In this document: piece after piece, positions 12,013 to 26,264 of the stretch | Layout: every line of letters begins with the position of its first letter | How positions within the stretch are numbered: the first letter of the stretch is position 1 | NCBI GenBank assembly: GCA_030390025.1 | Contig: CM059431.1 | Span: 97,156,001 to 97,220,000, forward strand | Reading direction: 5' to 3' | Source of the DNA: Squalus acanthias | Lineage: Eukaryota | DNA length: 64,000 bases | The notes under the pieces: model-generated | Told to the model about the DNA's origin: nothing | Seen by the model: the letters and a program-made list of their open reading frames with translations, nothing else | Database searches by the model: none | Made by a program: the position numbers and the translations under genes

Positions 12013-12606
12013 CAAACACTGGGAACTGGGCTCAGGAACAGTCTCCCCAAACACTGGGAACTGGGCTCAGGAACAATCACCCCAAATACTGGGAACTGGA
12101 CTCGGGAACAGTCTTCCCAAACACTGGGAACTGGGCTCAGGAAAAGGCTTCCCAAACACTGGGAACTGGGCTCAGGAACAATCACCCCAAATACTGGGAA
12201 CTGGGCTCAGGAACAGTCGCCCCAAATACTGGGAATTGGACTCAGGAACAGTCTCCCCAAATACTGGGAACTGGACTCTGGAACAGTCTCCCTAAATACT
12301 GGGAACTGGGCTCAGGAACAGTCTCCCCAAATACTGGGAATTGGACTCAGGAACAGTCTCCCCAAATACTGGGAACTGGGCTCAGGAACAGTCTCCCCAA
12401 ATACTGGGAACTGGGCTCAGGAACAGTCTCCCCAAATACTGGGAACTGGGCTCAGGAACAGTCTCCCCAAATACTGGGAACTGGGCTCAGGAACAGTCTC
12501 CCCAAATACTGGGAATTGGACTCAGGAACAGTCTCCCCAAATACTGGGAATTGGACTCAGGAACAGTCGCCCCAAATACTGGGAACTGGACTCGGGAACA
12601 GTCTCT
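12013..12606. repeat. 35-bp minisatellite, about 17 copies
   Basis: Unit ACTGGGAACTGGGCTCAGGAACAGTCTCCCCAAAT; copies at 12018, 12053, 12088 and onward. Confidence 0.95.
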
Positions 12607-13332
12607 ATCACTCACGCATGCTCACATACACTCACAAACAAGCATGCACACACACTAACACACACACTCACTTACACACTCTTACACACACTTTCACACA
12701 CACACTCACTCATGCACTCTCATATGCACACACACTCACTCACATACGCAGACACACTCTTGCACTCTCAGATACACTCACTCACACACTCGTTCACTCA
12801 CTCACTCACACTCGCTCACTCACACACACACACTCATGCACTCTCACACACACACTCACTCACGCACTCTCACACACTTATACACTCACACACACTCACG
12901 CACTCACACACACACATTTCACGCACTCACACATACACTCACTCACTCACACACTCTCACACACGCATACGTACACACTCACTCATGCACTCTCACACAT
13001 GCATACACACACACTCACTCACACACTCACTCACGCACTCACACATACACTCACTCACACACTCTCACACACACTCACTCACACACTCACGCATTCACAC
13101 ATACACTCACTCACTCACACACGCATACACACACACTCACTCACACACACATACACTCACTCACTCACGCACTCTCACACACGCATACACACACACTCAC
13201 TCACACACACACACACACACACTCACTCACGCACTCACACACACTCACTCACATACTCTCACATACGCACTCACACACACTCACTCACGCACTCTCACAC
13301 GCACTCACTCTTACACACGCACTCGCTCACAC
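12607..13332. repeat. Imperfect (CA)n/(CACT)n microsatellite
   Basis: CACACTCACTCACACA-type low-complexity tract directly abutting the 35-bp array. Confidence 0.95.
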
Positions 13333-14542
13333 CATGGCCATGTAATGAAACATTTGTGTTTGCGCACAGACCCCAGATGAGCCTGGAATTGCTAGTTCCT
13401 GATAAAAGCTAATATTGCAGCAGTCCACTTTACCTGAAAAATGCCGACTGGTTTCAGGGCTTCCTGTCGCCTGATCAGGACTGTGTCAAACCTGTGTCTC
13501 CCCTGCCATCTACCATGCACACTCGAATGTAGGTTTAAATGAAAAGCAGCGTTTCAATAATATGAGAAGCACAAGACAGTGTTCACTCTTCGAATTGTGG
13601 AAGCACAGAGTACTCGAAGCATTGCTGCCCAAAGCCCTTCAGTAGTGCCATGGTTTATTTAATTTGTCAGTATAATAGAAGCAGCTGAGTGAGAGACAGA
13701 ATGCATGGTGGTATAAAAGAAACAAAAGCTAAAAGTACCCACTATTTTGATTCCCTTTTAAAAATTACTTCCAAAGTGTGATATCTATTGTGAAGAATAA
13801 TGCTGAACAAAGCATAGTGTCTTGGCAATATTCACCAAGCTTATTCACACTGCCAATTCTGTCTGTACATTCAGAGGTACAATACACTTACAAAAGATGT
13901 ATTGGGAGGTCTATAGCTCCTATTGTACGCTCAGTATAAACAAAAGAGAGCTAGAAGTTGAGTGATGCGTAGTCACATAGAAAATGGCTCATTCAGTCCA
14001 GCTGTGTCTGAGTTTCGATCCACTGAATAATGTACATTAAACAGTGAAATACTAATCAGAGTGCAACACAGAAATGAAATGGAACAATAGTACAACCAAT
14101 GTGATGTTTGTTTCAGAGGCTGAAAGAGAATGAATTTCTGGAAAAGCAAAAATTATTCCATGATTATTACCTGCTTCTAAAGAGAAATTATTCATTCAAG
14201 TTTTGTATTAACTAAATACAAGTAATTAACACTTACTGATTGATTAATGGAAACATGGGAATGTAAAGGCCTCCCCACTTCATCCAGGGGTTCCAAAAAG
14301 TAATCCCCCTGAATTCCCCACTTCTCAAATATCTCCCTCAAATGTTCCCACACTGGCTGCCCCTGCCTGGTCAGTCCAATCGACACATTAACCCCCCCTT
14401 CTGTGTAAAATAGTTCAAACTTAACCTGTTAGTGCCTTTCACTATATTAAACCTGAGGGAGCCTTATTTAAAGTATTAAATACTACAGCGATTTAATTAA
14501 AAGGAGCTGTTAAATTCTACAGCTCTCTCAAATCCAATAATT

Positions 14543-15838
14543 ACATAGGATTACATAGGATATACAGCGCAGAAACAGGCCATTCGGCCCAACCAGTCCA
14601 TGCTGGCATTTATGCTCCACTCGAGCCACCTCCCGTCTTTCCTCATCTAAACCTATCAGCATAACCCTCTATTTCTTTTTCCCTCATATGCTTGTCTAGC
14701 CTCCCCTTAAATGTATCTATACTACAGGAAACTCTCGTTTAAACGGCACCTAAATATCTGGAATTCTCTATTAACCGGCAAAATTCATACTCCAAAAACA
14801 CCTCAATAACCGGAAATGTTGCCGAGTCCGAGTCTCTCGCGGTGGCCGAGTCAGTCAGTGGGGGTAGTTCTCCAAACTGCCACTACTCGGCTTCTTGGCG
14901 CTGTCGGAAGTCCAAACACCTCAATAACAGGAGTCTGACTCTTTGTTTGTTAAAAATAGCCTCGGTAGATAACCCTCTCCGTTATCCGGAATTTTTAATC
15001 AACCGGCACCATCCCGGTCCCGTAGGTGCCAGATACCAAAGAGCTTCCTGTATTTGCTTCAACCACTCCCTGTGGTAGCGAGTTCCACATTCTACCAGAA
15101 TTCCTTCTGAATTCCCTATTGGATTTCTTGGTGACTGTCTTATATTGATGGCCTCTAGTTTTGTTCTTCCCCACAAGTGGAAACACTCTCTCTGTATATA
15201 CTCTATCAAAACCTTTCATAATTTTCAAGACCTCTATTGGGTCACCCTTCAGCCTTCTCTTTTCAAGAGAAAAGAGACCCAGCCTGTTCATCCTTTCCTG
15301 ATAGGTATACCCTCGCATTTCTGGTATCATCCTTGTAAATCTTTTTTGCAGCCTCTCCAGTGCCTCTACATCCTTTTTATAATATGGTGACCAGAATTGT
15401 ACGCAGTACTCCAAGTGTGGTCTAACCAAGGTTCGATACAAGTTTAGCATAACCTCTCTACTTTTCAATTCTATCCCTCTAGAAATAAACCCTAGTGTTT
15501 GGTTTGCTTTTTTATGGCCTTGTTAACCTGTGTCGCTACTTTCAGTGATTTGTGTATTTGTACTCCGAGATCCCTTTGCTCTTCTGCCCCACTTAGATTT
15601 GTATTTTCCAAGTAATACGTGACATCCCTATTTTTCTTACCAAAATGTAATACCTCACACTTATCTGTGTTGAATTTCATTTGCCAATTATATGCCCATT
15701 CTTCAAGTTTATTAATGTCTTCTTGTTGCAGTCCTCTTAATATTGACTATCCCCCCCCTAATTTGGTGTCATCTGCATATTTAGAAATTGTGTTTTTGAT
15801 TCCAAATTCTAAATCGTTAATATAAATTGTGAACAACA
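14543..15838 (-). mobile_element. 5'-truncated CR1 LINE, same family as 355-931, interrupted by a MITE
   Basis: Minus-strand ORF pieces MKFNTDKCEVLHFG and LYRTLVRPHLEYCVQFWSPYYKKD; tail TACATAGGATTACATAGGAT at 14543; 3' UTR nearly identical to 770-930. Confidence 0.9.
14725..15050. mobile_element. 326-bp Tc1/mariner-superfamily (Tigger/pogo-like) MITE inserted in the CR1
   Basis: TA on both sides (14723-24, 15051-52). Imperfect 28-bp TIRs CAGGAAACTCTCGTTTAAACGGCACCTA / TAGGTGCCAGATACCAAAGAGCTTCCTG. Removing it restores the CR1 sequence seen at 720-765. Confidence 0.85.
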
Positions 15839-15909
15839 ATAATAGGGAAAGGCCATTAAAATCAGATTCTACTCATTTCTACCAATAAGGTACCAGATTT
15901 TTTTTAAGA

Positions 15910-16041
15910 GAGAAAGACTTGCATTTCTATAGCGCCTTTCACGAATTCAGGACGCCCCAAAACGCTTTGCAGCCAATTAAGTACTTTTGAAGTGTAGTCA
16001 CTGTTGTAATGTAGGAAACACGGCTGACAATTTGCGCACAG
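15910..16041 (-). mobile_element. 3' fragment of the Deu-type SINE
   Basis: Reverse complement of the sequence at 10325-10455 (AAAGACTTGCATTTCTATAGCGCCTTTCACG...AAGTGTAGTCACTGTTGTAATGTAGGAAAC). Confidence 0.8.
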
Positions 16042-16042
16042 T

Positions 16043-16470
16043 ACTGTGGATAGGGGATTGCCTATGGATATTGTCTATATGGACTCCCATAAGGCATTTG
16101 ATAAGGTTCTACACAAGAGATTATTAGCAAAAATGAAAGTGTATGGATTTGGAGGTAACCTTGTGACATGGATTGGTAATTGGTTGGGAAGTAGGTGACA
16201 GAGTAGGGGTAATGGGAACGTTCTGTGATTGGCGGGATGTGACAAGTGAAGTTCCCCAGGGATCTGTACTGGGGCCTCAGCTTTTCACCATACATATTAA
16301 AGACTTGGATGAAGGAATAGAGAGTTGCATAGCCAAGTTTACAGATGACACTAAGTTAGAAGGCAAAACTATTGTAGATGGGGTTCAATGTGAGGATGAG
16401 TGAGGTCATCCACGTTGGATCTGAGAAAGACAAATTGGAGTATTTTCTTAATGGTGAGAGACTGGTCTTT
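16043..16470 (+). mobile_element. Degenerate CR1 reverse-transcriptase fragment
   Basis: DIVYMDSHKAFDKV...[20 protein letters not shown]...KFTDDTKL are RT motifs, broken by stops, frameshift and deletion. Confidence 0.85.
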
Positions 16471-19400
16471 ATTTACATTGCGCACTTCTTCAACTCTGTT
16501 CTCATCTGTCATTGTCTTGGACTTTTCCGAAGTCTTTGACAATCTGGCACCATGCACTTCTAAACAAGTTAACATCATATGGTTTTTCACCAAACCTATG
16601 TTCACAGCTATCTATGTTCCCCTCAGTCCTGTCTTGCAATTAACAGTTCATGGCTTTATTGTTTCACAATCTGTTCCTTTTTCACACCAAAGACATCATT
16701 TCCCCACCATATCTGATTGTTTTATCAACTTCCTCACATTTTCTCTGCTAACAATCTCTATTCCTCTTGTAGTGCAATGGCTGTATCACTGGATGGCTAA
16801 CTTGCCACACCTGGATCTCATCCATGTCCTTAAATGAAGTTTAAGACGGTGGCTTTGAATTCATAGCTATACTGCAGCAAGCATGAATGATATTCACCAA
16901 GAGATTCCTTCCCCAAAGGGTCTCAGAGGCCCAGGAAAGGCCCCAGATAATGCCTGAAGAAAGGTTATGAACACTGGAGCAAATCAATTACCTTGTGCTG
17001 CCAGAATTACGTCTCTGATTAGATTCAAAGATTTTTCAGTGCTGATTTCCCTTCAGCTCGGAAAGAGCCTCAGGGCAGACCTAGTGGAGAGGCTGGGTGC
17101 TGCTCCACCTTACAGGCAGCAGGTGACCATCCTGAACCTGTGAATGATTCTGTCCCTGCAATTTGAGACAGTGTCCTTCTAGTTAGGGGGTGTGGCTTCC
17201 ACTCCACCGCACTTGCACTGGTGGAAGAGGCCCATTGGCTTTAAGTAGCTACATCTTTAAGAAAGAATGTGGCAGGTGTGGTAGATTCCATGGGTCTGGC
17301 GTTCCTCCTTGAATTTTTATTTTGCTGTATCTTCAACGTGAAATGTTTATTGCACGAATGAAGGTTTGTGAAACATTGATGTGTATATAGGGAGAGGGAG
17401 AGGGATCAAGTTGTTTGATCCAAGTCAAGGATGTCCTCTCGACACATCCACATGATAATTAGCGAACAAGGAGTGGATAAAATGAGTTCTGTGCATTTTA
17501 TTGCTGCGTTGAATGTTGTGTTTGTAATGAAAGAAGATTACAGGGTAATATTGGAAGGGCCATGTAGATGCAAGTACATGTCAGATATAGAGCTATAACA
17601 CTATAGGGCCATTCTATACTCACACTGGGGCTATAACACTATAGGGCCATTCTATACCCACATTGGGGCTATAACACTATAGGGCCATTCTATACTCACA
17701 CTGGGGCTATAACACTATAGGGCCATTCTATACCCACATTGGGGCTATAACACTATAGGGCCATTCTATACCCACACTGGGCTATAACACTATAGGGCCA
17801 TTCTATACTCACACTGGGGCTATAACACTATAGGGCCATTCTATACTCACACTGGGGCTATAACACTATAGGGCCATTCTATACCCACACTGGGGCTATA
17901 ATACTATAGGACCATTCTATACCCACACTGAGCTATAACACTATAGGGCTATTCTGTACCCACACTGGGGCTATAACACTAGAGGGCCATTCTGTGCCCA
18001 CACTGGGGCTATAACACTATAGGGCCATTCTATACTCACACTGGGGCTATAACACTATAGGGCTATTCTGTACCCACACTGGGGCTATAACACTATAGGG
18101 CCATTCTGTGCCCACACTGGGGCTATAACACTATAGGGCCATTCTATACCCACACTGGGGCTATAACACTATAGGGCCATTCTGTGCCCACACTGGGGCT
18201 ATAACACTATAGGGCCATTCTATACTCACACTGGGGCTATAACACTATAGGGCCATTCTGTGCCCACACTGGGGCTATAACACTATAGGGCCATTCTGTG
18301 CCCACACTGGGGCTATAACACTATAGGGCCATTCTATACTCACACTGGGGCTATAACACTATAGGGCCATTCTGTGCCCACACTGGGGCTATAACACTAT
18401 AGGGCCATTCTAAACCCATACTGGGCTACAACACTATAGGGCCATTCTATACCCACACTGGGGCTATAACACTATAGGGCCATTCTGTGCCCACACTAGG
18501 GCTATAGCACTATAGGGCCATTCTATACTCACACTGGGGCTATAACACTATAGGGCCATTCTATACCCACACTGGGGCTATAATACTATAGGGCCATTCT
18601 ATACCCACACTGAGCTATAACACTATAGGTCTATTCTGTACCCACACTGGGGCTATAACACTATAGGGCCATTCTGTGCCCACACTGGGGCTATAACACT
18701 ATAGGGCCATTCTATACCCACACTGGGGCTATAATACTATAGGGCCATTCTATACCCACACTGAGCTATAACACTATGGGGCCATTCTGTACCCACACTG
18801 GGGCTATAAAACTATAGGGCCATTCTGTGCCCACACTGGGGCTATAACACTATAGGGCCATTCTATACCCATACTGGGCTATAACACTATAGGGACATTC
18901 TATACTCACACTGGGGCTATAACACTATAGGGCCATTCTGTGCCCACACTGGGGCAATAACACTATAGGGCCATTATATACCCACACTGGGGCTATAACA
19001 CTATAGGGCCATTCTGTGCCCACACTGGGTTATAACACTATAGGGCCATTCTATACCCAAACTGGGCTATAACACTATAGGGCAATTCTATACCCACACT
19101 GGGCGATAACACTATAGGGCCATTCTATACCCACACTGGGGCTATAACACTATAGGGCCATTCTATACCCACACTGGGCTATAACACTATAGGGCCATTC
19201 TATACCCACACTGGGCTATAACAATATAGGACCATTCTAGACCCACACTGGGCTATAACACTATAGGGCCATTCTATACCCACACTGGGATATAACACTA
19301 TAGGGCCATTCTATACTCACACTGGGGCTATAACACTATAGGGCCATTCTATACCCACACTGGGGCTATAACACTATAGGGCCATTCTGTGCCCACACTG

Positions 19401-22400
19401 GGGCTATAACACTATAGGTTCATTCTATACCCACACTGGGGCTATAACACTATAGGGCCATTCTGTGCCCACACTGGGGCTATAACACTATAGGGCCATT
19501 CTATACCCACACTGGGGCTATAATACTATAGGACCATTCTATACCCACACTGAGCTATAACACTATAGGGCTATTCTGTACCCACACTGGGGCTATAACA
19601 CTATAGGGCCATTCTGTGCCCACACTGGGGCTATAACACTATAGGGCCATTCTATACCCATACTGGGCTATAACACTATCGGGCCATTCTATACCCACAC
19701 TGGGGCTATAACACTATAGGGCCATTCTGTGCCCACACTAGGGCTATAACACTATAGGGCCATTCTATACTCACACTGGGGCTATAACACTATAGGGCCA
19801 TTCTATACCCACACTGGGGCTATAATACTGTAGGGCCATTCTATACCCACACTGAGCTATAACACTATAGGTCTATTCTGTACCCACACTGGGGCTATAA
19901 CACTATAGGGCCATTCTGTGCCCACACTGGGGCTATAACACTATAAGGCCATTCTATACCCACACTGAGCTATAACACTATAGGTCTATTCTGTACCCAC
20001 ACTGGGGCTATAACACTAAAGGGCCATTCTGTGCCCACACTGGGGCTATAACACTATAAGGCCATTCTATACCCACACTGAGCTATAACACTATGGGGCC
20101 ATTCTGTACACACACTGGGGCTATAAAACTATAGGGCCATTCTGTGCCCACACTGGGGCTATAACACTATAGGGCCATTCTATACCCATACTGGGCTATA
20201 ACACTATAGGGCCATTCTATACTCACACTGGGGCTATAACACTATAGGGCCATTCTGTGCCCACACTGGGGCAATAACACTATAGGGCCATTCTATACCC
20301 ACACTGGGGCTATAACACTATAGGGCCATTCTGTGCCCACACTGGGTTATAACACTATAGGGCCATTCTATACCCACACTGGGGCTATAACACTATAGGG
20401 CAATTCTATACCCACACTGGGCGATAACACTATAGGGCCATTCTATACCCACACTGGGGCTATAACACTATAGGGCCATTCTATACCCACACTGGGCTAT
20501 AACACTATAGGGCCATTCTATACCCACACTGGGCTATAACAATATAGGACCATTCTAGACTCACACTGTGGCTATAACACTATAGGGCCATTCTATACCC
20601 ACACTGGGGCTATAACACTATAGGGCCATTCTGTGCCCACACTGGGGCTATAACACTATAGGTTCATTCTATACCCACACTGGGGCTATAACACTATAGG
20701 GCCATTCTGTGCCCACACTGGGGCTATAACACTATAGGGCCATTCTATACTCACACTGGGCTATAACACTATAGGCCCATTCTATACCCACACTGGGGCT
20801 ATAACACTATAGGGCCATTCTATACCCACACTGGGCTATAACACTATAGGGCCATTCTATACCCACACTGGGCTATAACACTATAGGGCCATTCTGTGCC
20901 CACACTGGGGCTATAACACTATAGGGCCATTCTATACCCACACGTGGCGATAACACTATAGGGCAATTCTATACCCACACTGGGCTATAACACTATAGGG
21001 CCATTCTATACCCACACTGGGCTATAACACTATAGGGCCATTCTATACTCACACTGGGATATAATACTAAAGGGCCATTCTATACCCACACTGGGGCTAT
21101 AACACTATAGGGCCATTCTATACTCACACTGGGCTATAACACTATAGGGCCATTCTATACTCACACTGGGGCTATAACACTATAGGGCCATTCTATACCC
21201 ACACTGGGGCTATAACACTATAGTGCCATTCTATACACACACTTGGGCTATAACACTATAGGGCTATTCTATATCCACACTGGGGCTATAACACTATAGG
21301 GCCATTCTGTGCCCACACTGGGGCTATAAAACTATAGTGCCATTCTATACCCACACTGGGGCTATAACACTATAGGGCCATTCTGTGCCCACACTGGGGC
21401 TATAACACTATAGGGCCATTCTATACCCACACTGGGGCTATAACACTATAGGGCCATTCTGTGCCCACACTGGGGCTATAACACTATAGGGCCATTCTAT
21501 ACCCACACTGGGGCTATAACACTATAGGGACATTCTATAACCACACTGGGCTATAACACTATAGGGCCATTCTATACTCACACTGGGCTATAACACTATA
21601 GGCCCATTCTATACCCACACTGGTGCTATAACACTATAGGGCCATTCTATACCCAAACTGGGGCTATAACACTATAGGGCCATTCTATACCCACACTTGG
21701 TAATAACACTATAGGGCAATTCTATACCCACACTGGGCTATAACACTATAGGTCCATTCTATACCCACACTGGGCTATAACGCTATAGGGCCATTCTATA
21801 CTCACACTGGGATATAATACTAAAGGGCCATTCTATACCCACACTGGGGCTATAACACTATAGGGCCATTCTATACTCACACTGGGGCTATAACACTATA
21901 GGGCCATTCTATACCCACACTGGGGCTATAATACTATAGGGCCATTCTATACCCACACTGAGCTATAACACTATAGGTCTATTCTGTACCCACACTGGGG
22001 CAATAACACTATAGGGCCATTCTGTGCCCACTCTGGGGCTATAACACTATAGGGCCATTCTATACCCACACTGGGGCTATAATACTATAGGGCCATTCTA
22101 TACCCACACTGAGCTATAACACTATGGGGCCATTCTGTACCCACACTGGGGCTATAAAACTATAGGGCCATTCTGTGCCCACACTGGGGCTATAACACTA
22201 TAGGGCCATTCTATACCCATACTGGGCTATAAAACTATAGGGCCATTCTATACTCACACTGGGGCTATAACACTATAGGGCCATTCTGTGCCCACACTGG
22301 GGCTATAACACTATAGGGCCATTCTATACCCACACTGGGGCTATAACACTATAGGGCCATTCTGTGCCCACACTGGGGCTATAACACTATAGGGCCATTC

Positions 22401-25400
22401 TATACCCACACTGGGGCTATAACACTATAGGGCAATTCTATACCCACACTGGGCGATAACACTATAGGGCCATTCTATACCCACACTGGGGCTATAACAC
22501 TATAGGGCCATTCTATACCCACACTGGGCTATAACACTATAGGGCCATTCTATACCCACACTGGGCTATAACACTATAGGGCCATTCTATACCCACACTG
22601 GGCTATAACAATATAGGACCATTCTAGACCCACACTGGGCTATAACACTATAGGGCCATTCTATACCCACACTGGGATATAACACTATAGGGCCATTCTA
22701 TACTCACACTGGGGCTATAACACTATAGGGCCATTCTATACCCACACTGGGGCTATAATACTATAGGGCCATTCTATACCCACACTGAGCTATAACACTA
22801 TAGGTCTATTCTGTACCCACACTGGGGCTATAACACTATAGGGCCATTGTGTGCCCACACTGGGGCTATAACACTATAGGGCCATTCTATACCCACACTG
22901 GGGCTATAATACTATAGGGCCATTCTATACTCACACTGGGGCTATAACACTATAGGGCCATTCTATACCCATACTGGGCTATAACACTATAGGGCCATTC
23001 TATACCCACACTGGGGCTATAACACTATAGGGCCATTCTGTGCCCACACTAGGGCTATAACACTATAGGGCCATTCTATACTCACACTGGGGCTATAACA
23101 CTATAGGGCCATTCTATACCCACACTGGGGCTATAATACTGTAGGGCCATTCTATACCCACACTGAGCTATAACACTATAGGTCTATTCTGTACCCACAC
23201 TGGGGCTATAACACTATAGGGCCATTCTGTGCCCACACTGGGGCTATAACACTATAAGGCCATTCTATAACCACACTGGGGCTATAACACTATAGGTCTA
23301 TTCTGTACCCACACTGGGGCTATAACACTATAGGGCCATTCTGTGCCCACACTGGGGCTATAACACTATAGGGCCATTCTGTGCCCACACTGGGGCTATA
23401 ATACTATAGGGCCATTCTATACCCACACTGAGCTATAACACTATGGGGCCATTCTGTACACACACTGGGGCTATAAAACTATAGGGCCATTCTGTGCCCA
23501 CACTGGGGCTATAACACTATAGGGCCATTCTATACCCATACTGGGCTATAACACTATAGGGCCATTCTATACTCACACTGGGGCTATAACACTATAGGGC
23601 CATTCTGTGCCCACACTGGGGCAATAACACTATCGGGCCATTCTATACCCACACTGGGGCTATAACATTATAGGGCCATTCTGTGCCCACACTGGGTTAT
23701 AACACTATAGGGCCATTCTATACCCACACTGGGGCTATAACACTATAGGGCAATTCTATACCCACACTGGGCGATAACACTATAGGGCCATTCTATACCC
23801 ACACTGGGGCTATAACACAATAGGGCCATTCTACACCCACACTGGGCTATAACACTATAGGGCCATTCTATACCCACACTGGGCTATAACAATATAGGAC
23901 CATTCTAGACTCACACTGTGGCTATAACACTATAGGGCCATTCTATACCCACACTGGGGCTATAACACTATAGGGCCATTCTGTGCCCACACTGGGGCTA
24001 TAACACTATAGGTTCATTCTATACCCACACTGGGGCTATAACACTATAGGGCCATTCTGTGCCCACACTGGGGCTATAACACTATAGGGCCATTCTATAC
24101 CCACACTGGGGCTATAACACTATAGGGCCATTCTATAACCACACTGGGCTATAACACTATAGGGCCATTCTATACTCACACAGGGCTATAACACTATAGG
24201 CCCATTCTATACCCACACTGGGGCTATAACACTATAGGGCCATTCTATACCCACACTGGGCTATAACACTATAGGGCCATTCTATACCCACACTGGGCTA
24301 TAACACTATAGGGCCATTCTGTGCCCACACTGGGGCTATAACACTATAGGGCCATTCTATACCCACACTTGGCGATAACACTATAGGGCAATTCTATACC
24401 CACACTGGGCTATAACACTATAGGGCCATTCTATACCCACACTGGGCTATAACACTATAGGGCCATTCTATACTCACACTGGGATATAATACTAAAGGGC
24501 CATTCTATACCCACACTGGGGCTATAACACTATAGGGCCATTCTATACTCACACTGGGCTATAACACTATAGGGCCATTCTATACTCACACTGGGGCTAT
24601 AACACTATAGGGCCATTCTATACCCACACTGGGGCTATAACACTATAGTGCCATTCTATACCCACACTTGGGCTATAACACTATAGGGCTATTCTATACC
24701 CACACTGGGGCTATAACACTATAGGGCCATTCTGTGCCCACACTGGGGCTATAAAACTATAGTGCCATTCTATACCCACACTGGGGCTATAACACTATAG
24801 GGCCATTCTGTGCCCACACTGGGGCTATAACACTATAGGGCCATTCTATACCCACACTGGGGCTATAACACTATAGGGACATTCTATAACCACACTGGGC
24901 TATAACACTATAGGGCCATTCTATACTCACACTGGGCTATAACACTATAGGCCCATTCTATACCCACACTGGTGCTATAACACTATAGGGCCATTCTATA
25001 CCCAAACTGGGGCTATAACACTATAGGGCCATTCTATACCCACACTTGGTAATAACACCATAGGGCAATTCTATACCCACACTGGGCTATAACACTATAG
25101 GGCCATTCTATACCCACACTGAGCTATAACGCTATAGGGCCATTCTATACTCACACTGGGATATAATACTAAAGGGCCATTCTATACCCACACTGGGGCT
25201 ATAAAACTATAGGGCCATTCTATACTCACACTGGGCTATAACACTATAGGGCCATTCTATACTCACACTGGGGCTATAACACTATAGGGCCATTCTATAC
25301 CCACACTGGGGCTATAACCCTATAGTGCCATTCTATACCCACACTTGGGCTATAACACTATAGGGCTATTCTATACCCACACTGTGGCTATAACACTATA

Positions 25401-26264
25401 GGGCCATTCTGTGCCCACACTGGGGCTATAACACTATAGGGCCATTCTATACTCACACTGGGGCTATAACACTATAGGGCCATTCTATACCCACACTGGG
25501 GCTATAATACTATAGGGCCATTCTATACCCACACTGAGCTATAACACTATAGGTCTATTCTGTACCCACACTGGGGCAATAACACTATAGGGCCATTCTG
25601 TGCCCACTCTGGGGCTATAACACTATAGGGCCATTCTATACCCACACTGGGGCTATAATACTATAGGGCCATTCTATACCCACACTGAGCTATAACACTA
25701 TGGGGCCATTCTGTACCCACACTGGGGCTATAAAACTATCGGGCCATTCTGTGCCCACACTGGGGCTATAACACTATAGGGCCATTCTATACCCATACTG
25801 GGCTATAAAACTATAGGGCCATTCTATACTCACACTGGGGCTATAACACTATAGGGCCATTCTGTGCCCACACTGGGGCTATAACACTATAGGGCCATTC
25901 TATACCCACACTGGGGCTATAACACTATAGGGCAATTCTATACCCACACTGGGCGATAACACTATAGGGCCATTCTATACCCACACTGGGGCTATAACAC
26001 TATAGGGCCATTCTATACCCACACTGGGCTATAACACTATAGGGCCATTCTATACCCACACTGGGCTATAACAATATAGGACCATTCTAGACCCACACTG
26101 GGCTATAACACTCTAGGGCCATTCTATACTCACACTGGGATATAACACTATAGGGCCATTCTATACTCACACTGGGGCTATAACACTATAGGGCTATTCT
26201 ATACCCACACTGGGGCTATAATACTATAGGGCCATTCTATACCCACACTGAGCTATAACACTAT

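Noticed and set aside
12007..13412. 457-aa and 298-aa ORFs
   Set aside because: Built from the 35-bp minisatellite and the CA/CACT microsatellite; no domain content.
10780..13530. Possible minus-strand host exons (~10796-10838, ~11000-11126, ~13434-13510)
   Set aside because: Splice signals are partial and the peptides are not recognisable; no gene model can be supported without RNA or homology data.
17598..17608. ACACTATAGGG matches the 3' end of SP6/T7 phage promoters
   Set aside because: Only 9-10 bp match, the upstream specificity regions are absent, and the motif sits in a naturally diverged satellite; coincidence rather than vector sequence.
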